From: Utricularia gibba
Taxonomy: Eukaryota; Plantae; Magnoliophyta
DNA: 64,000 nucleotides
NCBI GenBank assembly: GCA_002189035.1
Contig: CM007989.1
Coordinates: 7,874,001 to 7,938,000, forward strand
Reading direction: 5' to 3'
Shown here: piece by piece, positions 25,653 through 37,234 of the stretch
Position numbering within the stretch: position 1 is the first letter of the stretch
How the letters are laid out: every line of letters starts with the position of its first letter
Translations under genes and position numbers: made by a program
Notes under the pieces: generated by a model
What the model was told of the DNA's origin: nothing
Database searches by the model: none
The model's input: the letters and a program-made list of their open reading frames with translations, nothing else

Positions 25653-27158
25653 TCATGAGCTCTCCCTGAAGCTTAATGCCATGGACAATGCTGCTGTATT
25701 TGCCTGCAATACTGAGGAGGACTTCATGTGCAAGGCTCCCTTGTTTTTGGATTCGCCCTTGAAAGATTTTAAAAGGCTGCTGCTGCATATACCTACTGAA
25801 TCTGCTCCATCTTCCTCAATGCCCAATTTCGATGCTTTTGGAACACACAATCTCTGTTCCAAAGTGTTTTTGCTCGGAATTTCCTCTCCAAAGTTGGCAG
25901 TTATGTCATCCCTTGAATGCTTCCCAAGAGTCATGGATGAGGCCCCTGACCACGGGGCCATGGGTGCAGGAGGGCTGACCCAAGGACCCGGGCTGACCCA
26001 AGGACCCGTCCATAAACTGGGTATCTTGGATCCCATCAACTGTGTTGCAGAGGAATAAGATGATGGCATAGGAACGCTACCAAAAGCAAATGTAGGTGCA
26101 GAAGCCAGGGAATGCCACTGAGCAGAATGACAGGGATAAGGCCATGAGGGGAAAGGATGGCAACTTGAAACCTGCTCTTGCAAACGTCTCTTCCCTATAA
26201 CATCATTTGGACTTGCAATGGAAGAGCCGGTAGAAGGATCATGTCCACACTCTTTGCTCCCAAGGGAAACACAACTTTCTTGTTCTCCAGTTCGACTGAA
26301 CACATTGCATAGAGGAGGAGCATCTGAACTAAGCTTAAGGGCAGTGGCGTTTGTGTTAGGCCCTGGATGGTGATGAACTCCAGTTGAATGTTCCACACTC
26401 ACCTTTGGAAGAGCTTCCGGAACGGCAGGACGGAGCTGTCCAACAGCAGCACTCTTGTTCTTGCGGCGACCAGCACCCACAGGGACATTCCTCATGGTAC
26501 CACCCGCAGTCCAATACCTCTGGCAGTTCTTGCAGAAATGTCTCGGCTGGTTGGTGTTGTAGTTATTGTAATAGCAAAATTTCGTGTCCACGCTATTGCA
26601 TCGAGGGCATGTGAGAACTCTCTCTGGCTTCCTGAAGCTTTTCTCCTGTGACACTCCGGGATCTATCTGTTCTTCAGTTTTCGAAGCTTGAACATCACTG
26701 TTTCCGGCGAAGGGGCCATTTGGGTCCTCCGTTAATCGCGTTGCCAAGTTAGTACCTTTCAGCTCCTGCAACCAGACAGTCCGTCTCTTACTGCAATGCA
26801 ACTGGAAAAACGCAAAGGAAAGACGAAGGCTTGCTTGACCTAGCCTAAGAACACAGACATTTCTGAAGGAATTGAAACCAGAAACTCAATCTAAAACCAG
26901 AGAAACCATGGGTGGGATTCGAAGATATAACTCGACTCCAAAAGCACTGAACTTGAATCCAAAACCCAACACCCAATTTCCACAGGAACAAAACCCCACT
27001 GAAAGAGAAACAAAATCAAATCTCACCTCCACCAATTCAAAGGTTTGGGGCATCCGGCGGAAACACCCCTTTTCATTGTCCTTGGCTCCCGGTTCGGCGG
27101 CCAAGGTCTCCGGAAGCTGAATCGTTCTTCCAAACAGCTTGATCCCAGGGTCCGACAT
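25653..27158 (-). CDS. CDF: Dof zinc-finger transcription factor, CYCLING DOF FACTOR type; exons 27158-27027, 26765-25653
   Basis: N-terminal IKLFG TOPLESS-binding motif, Dof domain [50 protein letters not shown], and a degenerate C-terminal [13 protein letters not shown] (compare QANPAALSRSLNF). Confidence 0.93.
25972..26007. repeat. Perfect 18-nt tandem duplication in the Dof CDS (encodes GPWVSP twice)
   Basis: GGGCTGACCCAAGGACCC occurs at 25972-25989 and 25990-26007. Confidence 0.95.
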
Positions 27159-27983
27159 TCTGTACTCAATCCCCCTCCCCCCCCCCCCCCCCCCCAAAAA
27201 AACGATATATCTATCCAAAAAGTGAAAAACAAACCAAGGAGGAAAACAGCAGTCACCACCGGGGAAGTTAAATAAAAAATGGGGATGGTAGCGATCTGAC
27301 ACACACACAATGGAAGGTGTGAGTGCGTTTTCTGGGAAGCTCGCCTTTTCAGACGGGCGATGTTGAAATCAGCAAAAACATGTAATGTAGGGGCAACACA
27401 ACAAATGTGACTACTGGTGAAGCGACGTTACCTGGTCGGCTGCCACGTAGGCACCCAAAAGAGCATCTTCTAACCCAAGCCACGCGTGCGGTTCCTTCTT
27501 CTCCCTCCCATCATCAACAACCTAGGGTTCACTCTGCTGCGCGATTTATGCCTACTTGCCTACCTTTGGTTTTTTTGAATTTATATTTATTTAAATAGGA
27601 TATATCAGTTATATATAATTTATATTATTCGAATTTATTTTTATCCTAAGGGTTTGCATTACAAAGACTTTAGACCCATAGATTAGCAATAGATTACAAT
27701 TGCGGAAATAATTTCTACTATTTACCTAAATGGTATAATTGGTTTTTATCAACATTGTGTTTATAAAAATATTCATTATTTTAAAATTAGACAAAAAACA
27801 CTCATTATTTATATTAATGATACAATTGAACCTTCATTTCAAACCCTATTTTTTTTTCAATTCAATTTTAAGGGTTTTTTACTATTCAACTTGGTGATTA
27901 TTGAAGGAAAAAAATGATTTTATAAAAAAATAAGTTGCGATCGTACAAAAATATATATTTTTTATTTGCGGTGTATTTTTCTT

Positions 27984-29861
27984 TTATATTTTTACTATTT
28001 TTTTACTTGAGGGCCCCACAACGAAGACTTTACGGTGTTGCCTTTCCCATCGGATCCTGGCTGAAAAGAGAGTACCTTTACTGGTCATGGATGACGTGGA
28101 GGAATGGAACGAGGGTATTTTTGGAAACAAGACTTCTATTTTTAACAGTACTTGGAGACTCATCTCGGCAAGTATTTTTTGTACTTGTGAATGCTTGCTT
28201 TGACTCTTCTGGGGAGAGAAGCAAATCCCATGAGCCCAAGATTTCGATTTCTCCACAGGCTTCCTTTTTTTCCCTTGTTGGCAGCCGTGTCTTTCATGTA
28301 TTTGACAACAGCCTGATCACATCATAGCCCCTGTTCCCCCTTTAGTGTCTTGCATTCCATGAACTGTCACAAACAGTGCTGACAGGTTTGAGTTACATTA
28401 CCTGAGCTCCCTTCTCCACTACTTGCATTGGCGGGATTTCCAGAGGGTTCCCTTCGAGATTCAAAACAGCAAGGTTAGAGAGCATGCCAAACGAATCTGG
28501 AAGACCTGTTATCTGGTTGCTGTTACAGATCAACTCCTCCAACGTCTCTATGTTGCCAATGGATCTTGGTAGAGCTCTCAATTCCGCGAAGTTGTTGCTT
28601 ATGTCCAACTTTATGAGTTTTGGGGTGGCACACAGGCTCTCCGGGATGGCTGCAAGCTGATTGAAACTGAGATCAAGGTGTCTTAGGCTCAGCATAGATG
28701 CTGTGGTTGTGGGAAGCTGTCGGATGTTGTTGTAACGGACTGTGAGGATCTCCAGTGACTGGATTCTTCCGATGGCCTCAGGTAGCGCTTTGAGACAGTT
28801 ATAGCCTGCATGAAGTTCCTTAAGTGAAGTACAATGACCAATGGTGTAAGGGATTTCCTCTATGTCGTTTGTGGCAACGTTTAGTATCTGGAGACTTGCG
28901 AGAGATCCCAGAGTTTCAGGCAGCACTATCAGTGCATTGGAGCTGAGATCAAGCTTACGGAGGCGAACCAGCTTACTGATGGTGGGAGGCAATGTGATGA
29001 GGTTATTCTCTCCGAGATCAAGGTGAAGTAAGCTGCGCAGGGTGGAGATTGATTCGGGAAGTTCATGGATACGATTTCCATGGAGATTCAGTGTCTGTAA
29101 TGAGAAGAGCTCTCCAATGGCGTTTGGTAGTGTAACAAGCCTGTTTTCTGATAGGTCTAAGTTGATCAAGCGTGAGAGTTTTCCGATGGAATCAGGGAGC
29201 CAATCTATCTGATATGATAGTTTATGTTTGAGAATCAGCTCCCGAGCTCCCTTCCTGGCTGATAGTTCAACACAGTGAGCTAAGCTCATCAAATCAAGTC
29301 TTCCTCCATCTGCATCTGCAACAAGCGAGCAAGCAGGCATTCATTGTTTTGAGCTTAACATTACTCACCAAATGCTCACAACTCACCGCAACTATCAGCT
29401 TGCTGGACATCAGCATCAATCTGAGAAGATGTTTCAGGATTTCTCAAGTGCCTGTCCTCAGCTTTCTTCAGGCGCTCCTCCGAGTCATCCGTGGAAGAAA
29501 CTGAAATCTCCGTGCAGGAAACACTGGAATGCATTGACTCTGAATGCTGAGACTGCACAATTTGTGAAGCTCTCTGAATCAAAACGCCTATTCGTGAGTG
29601 CAGGTCTTCAAGATCCAACAGTTCCTGAGCTTCCCTTTTGCGTTCACTGCTCTGGAAACTGATCATGTTGCGCCTCATCTCTTGCAAAATGATGGACAAG
29701 TCATCTTTTCCACTTGTCTGGTTCTCTAATCCCTCTAGTTTCAACCGAGCTTCTTCATCAACCTTATTGATTACACCTCTCGCTACATTTACTTCCTCAA
29801 CGTCGGGTCGAGCCGGCAACGATCGGTAAACGTTCATAATTTCTTCTACGGCGTCATCCAT
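27984..29861 (-). CDS. PIRL: Plant intracellular Ras-group-related LRR protein (PIRL4/5-like); exons about 29861-29387, 29315-28402, 28312 to end; stop uncertain (28160 as written, 27984 if frameshifted)
   Basis: N-terminal VEEIMNVYRSLPARP, LRR array (WLPDSIGKLSRLINLDLSENRL ... LNLEGNPLEIPP), and last exon AVVKYM with a KSWA..ICF motif in a shifted frame. Confidence 0.85.
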
Positions 29862-30525
29862 TGTAATCGCCAACCTTTATACTGCAATAGAAAAAGCTCA
29901 AGACGCCATTTTGATGCAAGCAGAGTAGAGAGCATCACATTGGTTCCCTTCCCTTACTTTCCAAAATGTAGCAAACCATTTAAGGGGAAGAAGAAGATAA
30001 ACAGTTGTAAAAGCTCCCCCATTTGCATACGCAGACAGGAATCAATCTTCTTTCTGAGGCTGATATCATGGAATTCCCACCAGGGCAAGAAATGATCAAA
30101 GCTCAACTACACCTTACCTCGAAAGTAAGAAAGCGATAAATACGGCCATGTTCGTGACGACGCCGCACTTTCGGCATCAGTTCACGGTAAGGTTGTCTGG
30201 AGCGAACGCTACGGCTACGTTCAACCTCCAGCGTGTGCCTGCCAAAAAAAAAAAAAAAAAATTGTCTTTTGGCTTTTGGCAGAGTTGAGCTGCCTTGGCC
30301 GCCGATCTTGCGCTCGGAAGTCAGATCGCAATCCACGATTCTAACAAAGGTCCGTCCTTGATGGTTGCGCGAGGCGGAGATGCTCTATAGCTATGGCCGT
30401 CCAACCCCAGATCGCGAAACCGTGTTCTTTGGTACGGCGAGGCTGAGTTGCAATTTTTCCATAGAATAGGGTAATGAATGAAGGGATAAATCAAAAGAAT
30501 CCTTGCGAAGCACAAATGAATTGAA

Positions 30526-32300
30526 ATGACTAGTCTTTCTCCGGCCCCGGCTGTGGAGCCGCCGCCGCCGTCCGAGGCGGATTCACCATCCGAACCTCCC
30601 CCCTCCACTATCTCCGATTCGAATCCTCATCCGCTACCCCACACAGAGCATCCGCACATCCCCATCACATGGCCCGACGACGGAATCCTTTCAGCTACTT
30701 GGGTTACGGAGGTCATGCTGGCCTTTGAATGGGCTTCAAGAAATTTGACGCCGGAGGAGTTCCCATCTGTTCTTCCAGTTAGCGTGTTGGATAAACTGGT
30801 GCTTTCTGCATCTAAGATTTTGCATAAAGAACCCAATTGCGTACAAATTGATGAGAAATGCGGACTGGGTTTGGATTCGCGCGTTGTGGTGGTTGGAGAC
30901 GTGCACGGTCAGCTCCATGATGTATTGTTTCTACTCAGAGATGCCGGATTTCCCGCGGACGATCGATTTTTTGTTTTCAACGGGGATTATGTTGACAGAG
31001 GTGCCTGGGGACTAGAGGTGTTTCTCCTCTTGTTGGCCTGGAAGGTTTGTATTCTTTTCTTGAATAATCCATATGCCCTTTTTCTCGATCTTGAGCTTAT
31101 AATTTTTTATCTTGGTTGCTTATTCAAACTGCCAACGGTGACCAGCTAAGCTGCTTCACTTTGTGTTGCCTGATAATGAAAGTTTGATCATTTCCAGTTG
31201 AAGTTCAATTTGCTTCCATTCTCTATTCTAGGTTCTGATGCCTCAGAGGGTGTATATGCTTCGGGGAATCATGAGTCAAAGTACTGCACTTCTGTATATG
31301 GTTTTGAGAAGGAAGTGTTAGCAAAGTATGGAGAAAATGGAAAGCATGTTTACAGGAAATGTTTGGGATGTTTTGAGGGACTTCCCCTTGCTTGTATTAT
31401 AGCTGGAAATGTGTATACTGCTCATGGAGGACTCTTCCGTGGATCCACAATCATGCCTTCGAAAACGAAAAGGTCCAAGAAGAAGAACCGTAAGGTTATC
31501 TGCAATGGCAATTCAGAGACCTTAAAACTCGGTTCTTTAGAAGACTTAGCAAGGGCTAGAAGGTCTGTTCTTGACCCCCCTTGGGAAGGTACCAATTTGA
31601 TACCTGGAGATGTCTTGTGGTCAGATCCAACCATGAAGTCTGGTCTTTCCCCAAATTTGGAGAGGGGAATTGGTCTCTTATGGGGTCCTGATTGCACAGA
31701 AGAATTTCTGAAGAACTTCAGTTTAAAGGTGACCCCTACTGCATCTGCTCTTTGTATGGTAACTGTTGCAGATTGATGTTGTTCTTTTACATGCTCGTTA
31801 TGTTCTGCGCCTTTTCTTTTACTTCTGGTGCAGTTGATTATCAGGTCACATGAAGGCCCTGATGCACGGGATAAGCGATCTGAGCTGGGCGGTATGGGAA
31901 CAGGCTACACTATAGATCACATTGTGGAGTCTGGAAAGCTCATCACATTGTTCAGCGCTCCTGATTATCCACAGTTTCAGGTGATTTCTTTGTGTTTATG
32001 TGGCCACAAAACCTTCTCAAAGGTTGAGCAAGTTTGTTCTTTTACCAGGCATCAGAAGAGAGGTATAGAAACAAAGCAGCATATATTGTTTTAGAGCCCC
32101 CTGAATTCGATACACCCGAGTTTCACACCTTCGATGCCGTTGCTCCTCGACCGAAGGTACCATTCTTCAACCATAACACAAGAGCCTGCAACTAAATGTG
32201 GATATAGCAGTCACAAAGATGCCTGCATCCTTTGCAGGTAAATGCATACTACGATTATGAAGAAGTTGTTGATTCTGATGAAAACCTGGAGGGCTGGTAA
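30526..32300 (+). CDS. PP7: Serine/threonine protein phosphatase 7; exons 30526-31044, 31232-31728, 31834-31980, 32049-32156, 32238-32300
   Basis: PPP motifs GDVHGQ, GDYVDRG and RGNHE (one G missing at 31263-31266); PP7-type inserts; [10 protein letters not shown] and [13 protein letters not shown]. Confidence 0.93.
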
Positions 32301-33403
32301 TGTTGGTGATTGTTTGGAGACACTACCAGAAGCAGATTTTTAATGGTTTGTTGTATGATTATTTTTGCTCCAACTGTGGAGTTTGCATTGTGCCCTGAAA
32401 ACAAGACATGGGTGTGTTACAGAGAAGGCAATGGTTAATTTGCCGGTGTTTTGACATGTGTGAGTTGATGCTTCTTATACAACTCAGCTCCAAGTTGGGA
32501 TAGCCTGCTCTTGCGCTTTCCCTCTAGAACAGAGCCTTCAAAGCTTGGACAAACCCGGCAACCTGGCATCATATTCGGGATGCAGAAGTATCATATAGAA
32601 TCAACAGAGATTCATTGCATGCCAATCAGTCAGCCGATGACTGTATGTATTGGCCGCATAAATGGGGAAGGTGAACTGGAATGGGAAGATGAACAGAAGA
32701 ATCAGAAAAGCAACTCACCCAGAGCATGATGGAGCGAACTTGTGAGACTCCACTCAAGGAAAACAATCAATAATCGTTAGGTGAATCTCACACTAGTGAT
32801 GGATTGTAAAATATAAATCTACACAAAATCTTTTTCATGGAATCCACCTCATTAATAAAAACTCGAAAGTTAAACTACACTACTATGCATCAGACTGGGC
32901 TTTAACATGAACTTCAAGGAGGTGCAAAAGACTGTAGTACCTCCGAGCCATGTTCCATGTAGATTGCCTTCTGAACTCCCTCTGGAACAATTACGCTGCA
33001 GCAATCGGAGTCCAAATGGCTGGCTGAAGTTTTTCCGGCAAAAGGGGTACTGGAGTGCCTTTTAACTCCATCGAAGTGCCGGCAACAGAACCCTGAACCC
33101 CTTCACCGCTTTTCATCCTTCGACGCCATGGAAGGGGCCCAACAGCCAAAATCGAGAGAGATTACCAAACAACCAGTGATCGGAATCAGGGGATTTAGCG
33201 TAGCCTGGTTGAAGGCTCGACCTTTAGAAAGAAGGTTAGCAAATTAGCTTCGGCTACCCACTCCTTACCAAAAGGAACAAAGAACCAGAATTCTTTGATA
33301 TGATGTAGTTGATGGTATTCATACAAACTACAAACCTTAATCCGCCGGAGAGAAAATTGTCTTTTAGAGTGCGCTTGGATTGCGGAATAAGCGTAGAGCA
33401 AGC

Positions 33404-34318
33404 TCATGAAGATTGGGGTCGAGAATTCGGTTGCTTCCAGTTGTACTCGAGCGCATCAACTACGCCGCTGAAGCTTTGGAATCGGGCGCTCACCACGTCG
33501 ATTCCGACGCCGAGCCTCTCCGCACCCGCCGCCGTCACTGGTCCATGCGCCGCCGACAACATCCGGGGACACATTCTCCGCAGCATCTCCCAGTTCAGCC
33601 CTATTTCCTCCAGGCTTTTCAGCAATCCCTCTACCTCGGCGGTGCTCGTGAAAATAATGGCGTCCACGCCATCCGAAGCCACGATCATATCCACCAGCGC
33701 CCTGAAGCCGCCGTTGCGCCTCCACCGCGTCTCGTAGGCTCCAACCTTCACGGCAACCCACCCTTGATTTTCTAATCCTGCTAGAAATAAGGGCACCACT
33801 GGTGGCTCCTCTAACCCAATGACAACAGGGACAGGGCACAAAATCTCCCTTCCATGACCTAATCCCAATTCCTTCACCATCCCACTCGGCGTCGCCATCT
33901 CAGGAACAACCACCCGAATTCTCCCCTCATTCTCGCACAACCTACTGATGAAAGACCCATCCAAAAGCTCGGAGTCCTTGCCCAAAGCAGAGATCCTGAA
34001 AATTTCTCCATCCGGGTCCAACGGCGGCGTATTGCAGACGCTGTCTAGTGCCTCCGTGAATGCAGTTATCCCAGTCCTGGAAGTAAATGCTATGGCCGAG
34101 AATCGGCGGAGAATCGGATCCGGCGGCTGAAGATATCTCCGAACAGCGGTTATGGTTCCCGGCGTGGTCTCGACGGCTATGGTGGGACACCACAAAGGAT
34201 TCCACCCCCTTAGCTCGATGAGACGAGAGAGCTTTCCGGCATAATTTTCCGGCGTTGTGAATGCGACTAACCTAATATCCGACACCGGAGGAGAATATTG
34301 CTGCGAACTCAACATCAT
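33404..34318 (-). CDS. Uroporphyrinogen-III synthase (HemD/HEM4)-like protein, intronless, 304 aa
   Basis: Uninterrupted ORF with VAFTTPENYA, WCPTIAVE, AIAFTSRTGI, ALGKDSELL, VGAYET, DAIIFTSTAEVEG and AAHGPVTAAGA, which match the HemD-fold motif order. Enzyme activity is not established. Confidence 0.75.
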   Translation of the reverse strand: MMLSSQQYSPPVSDIRLVAFTTPENYAGKLSRLIELRGWNPLWCPTIAVETTPGTITAVRRYLQPPDPILRRFSAIAFTSRTGITAFTEALDSVCNTPPLDPDGEIFRISALGKDSELLDGSFISRLCENEGRIRVVVPEMATPSGMVKELGLGHGREILCPVPVVIGLEEPPVVPLFLAGLENQGWVAVKVGAYETRWRRNGGFRALVDMIVASDGVDAIIFTSTAEVEGLLKSLEEIGLNWEMLRRMCPRMLSAAHGPVTAAGAERLGVGIDVVSARFQSFSGVVDALEYNWKQPNSRPQSS

Positions 34319-34418
34319 TTTCCGCCGTTCCCGAGTCCGCGCGTCTAATCCACTTCAACTGCCGAAGGAAAAAAATTAAAAAAAAAGAAAAATTTAAAAA
34401 GGCTAATTGTCCCAATTG

Positions 34419-34707
34419 AAAGCAGCCACGTCCATTATTATCGGACCACGTTAGTGTACAAGGCCCGTTATCCTCCCACTGACGAGAGCGGGGAGTTCTC
34501 GCTGCTCTGTGAAGCCAGCCTAACGCGTTCTCCCCCTCGTTAGGGACCAAGGACATGCAAGCCTTCGCAAGCATGCCCTGGCCCACTCAAGTCTTGGGAC
34601 GGGCGGGCCCCACAACACTAACAAGGCCCAACGAACCAGCTAAGCCCAAAGGTCCAATCAACCGAACGTCCTCACTCGAGTTATAAGCTCGCGTTACCAA
34701 GCTCGGC
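34419..34707 (-). ncRNA. SRP/7SL: Signal recognition particle RNA (7SL)
   Basis: Minus strand starts GCCGAGCTTGGTAACGCGAGCTTATAACTCGAGTGAGGAC (Alu domain). It contains GCATGCTT-GCGAAGGC-TTGCATGT (helix 6) and GGGGGAGAACGCGTTAGGCTGGCTTCACAGAGCAGCGAGAACTCCCC (helix 8), and is about 290 nt. The 3' end is approximate; a T5 tract lies at about 34396-34400. Confidence 0.9.
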
Positions 34708-34728
34708 GACAATAGTATGTGATGATCA

Positions 34729-34771
34729 TTTATAAACAAGAAAGCAAATGATCAAACTAGCGATGTGGGAT
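34729..34771 (-). promoter_or_regulatory. USE (ATCCCACATCG, 34771-34761) plus TATA (TTTATAAA, 34736-34729) with Pol III-type spacing, driving SRP RNA
   Basis: Exact USE consensus 24 nt upstream of the TATA, the shorter spacing typical of plant Pol III genes such as U6, U3 and 7SL. Confidence 0.88.
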
Positions 34772-35227
34772 AGAATTCTCAGCCTATCACAAATATTCAC
34801 AAATTATTACAATTATTAAGTATCATACATGTAATACCTATATTTTAAATATGCAACTCGAATCAATTCATAATATGAATCAAATTAAGTGTACAACTCA
34901 TTGACTCATGATTCGAGGAGTTGTATTTTTTAACCTAAACCCGTCTAATCACGATAACTTGATGAGTAAAAACTCGTGCCCACGTCTACTAATTACATAT
35001 TTAGCTGACGTATTCATCGCACCACGTGAGCGTAAGAATTGAAGAAGAACAGGCGTGCTTCTCAGTACAGAGACGAAATCTCGTAAAGGTTATTACTTTA
35101 GGAATCCATTGCAAAATAAAAGTGCTGAGGTTGAAACAATCAAGAACCAGTAATACTGAATTGTGTATCTTGTTGGGTCTCTCTCTCTCTCAACTCAAAA
35201 GAGCATCGGAGTTCAAACAAGCAAGAA

Positions 35228-36838
35228 TCATTGTTTGGTGAAGCATGATTTAGCAGCAAGATCACGCAATGCCTCCATGGTTCCTCGCAGATGGTCGGAT
35301 ATTGTTGTGTAAAGATGTATCTGGGCTGCCTCATCGAGCCCACACCTGGTCCGAGGCCAACCATGTTGGGAGTTGAGTGAGTTCCTTGACATTTCTACAG
35401 CTTTCTGCTTCATTTCAGGGAGATCAAATTGGATTGGTTCGCCAACCACAAGACTTATTTCCTTGCCACACAAAGGAAACAGGGGTCGCTTCCCGTTTCT
35501 GTACTTTTCTGGCATAACCTGCCAAGTGGAAAACGCTGAACAGCGTTCAGATTATGTTGCTTAATTGTATAATACCCCATTTGAGGTCAAGGTGGAACAA
35601 ATGGAAGCATTTGTGGTCATAGAAAAGAAAAGCAAGCACCTTTTCAAAACCATGATGAACAATTGGAAGAACGATAGGTGTTACAGGTGCACGAGCAATA
35701 AGACTTGCGGTACCCCATTTCAAACGACGAATAGGTGCATCATCTTGACACACTTTTCCCTCTGGAAACGTATGCAACTGCACAATTGAGATAATCACGC
35801 TTGATAACAAATACAATCTTCTGAATCAAAATGCGTACCCTGAGTTCTTATCTGATCACTAAATATCTACAATATGCAAACATTGATTCGCATAAATGTG
35901 CCTAAATCACAAGATACTAGGTTGTTGTTGTATACCCTGTAAAACAAATGAACCAAAAATGTTACCCATTCTCCATCAGTAAGACGTTCCAAGGCCTCAT
36001 TCATGTGCTCCTGGTAGATCCCAGCCCCCCTCGTTATGGGGATGCATTTCCCTGCCAACATGACAACCCTTGTGAACATTTTAAAGAAGAATAGTAGAAA
36101 TGTCAATATAACTAGTCCAATCTTGGATGTTGCAGAAACTGTTACAGAAGCATCATCAATTGCGCATGCTCCTAAGCTGTCCAAACTGATCATTAACTTA
36201 CACAAAGGGGAATCGGCCACTTGTTTTCTTTAAAAAAAAAAAAAAAACAGAACTACATGCGATTTGCTGATAAAAAGCTCGAAAAAAAAAAGCTCATGGA
36301 ACTTACAGAAACTAAATTTTTACACACCAAGACGAAATAGATATGAAAGCACTGGACTTCGGAAACATATATCTTCAGCTGCAAGAACCCATCTCCCTAA
36401 ATTTTCTTTGCATACAGGAAAATCTTTTATCCCCCACATCAAAGGGTCATCCAACCTGAAAAGAACAATATACGGCTTACAATCACATCAACCACAGAAT
36501 ACACTTGAAATGAGTACAGAAACCCCAATCTTCTAAACTCCATTCATAAACAGATGACCCCCCATTTCCCGTAGAAGGGATATGCAACAAAGCCAACAAA
36601 AGCTACTACTTTTACTTGAAGAATTGACTGACGTGGACATGTGATTGCTGACGGTGATTAAAGGAACTCCTGGCGGCCGATGACGGACGAGTCGGTGTAG
36701 GGTTTCCAGATTGTGAACACTAGTATTATTCAGCAAATTCACCACCACTTTGGCGAATGCACCCACCGCGACAAAGATTATCCTGCGAGGTATACCGCCA
36801 AGGTGATTTCTCCGCGCCGCCCATTCCATTGTTCGCAT
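35228..36838 (-). CDS. Tafazzin-like phospholipid acyltransferase, 5 exons
   Basis: Motifs LITVSNHMST|LDDP (HX4D), RWVLAAEDICF, KCIPITRGAGIYQ, LHTFPEGKV, LKWGTASLI and PIVLPIVHHGFE. Confidence 0.92.
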
Positions 36839-37234
36839 TCTTCTCCTCCGCGCATGGCCGGCGCGCCGCCAGGCAGACTCTTGCGCTAGTTTCTCGCTGT
36901 CATCACGTACCCTACATCTCAAAACTCCATAATTCTAAAACTCGGAGACACCAAACCAGTACAGAAGACGACCCAGGAATGATGCATCCGAACTGGGCCG
37001 TAAATGGGCCGAGATTGATCAATCGGATTTGGGTCACGGGCTCGGTAACTTGTTTTGTTTTCAACAGTCAACACATGCCTAAATCATGAGTTGGATTTAG
37101 GAACGAAGCTTCTAGACGTATATTAAAATAAATCCTGTCTGAGGGCTGAAGCTACCGCGGAGTTTCGATTCTTCTTCGTTCAGCTTTTCTCCTAACTGCG
37201 GTCAAGATTCCGGTGTTTGAAGATCGAAGCTAAC

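Noticed and set aside
25625-25660. 14-nt unit repeated 2.5 times over the Dof stop codon
   Set aside because: Simple slippage duplication into the 3' UTR with no coding effect.
34272-34586. 104-aa minus-strand ORF
   Set aside because: Runs through the SRP RNA gene; a chance ORF in GC-rich structured RNA.
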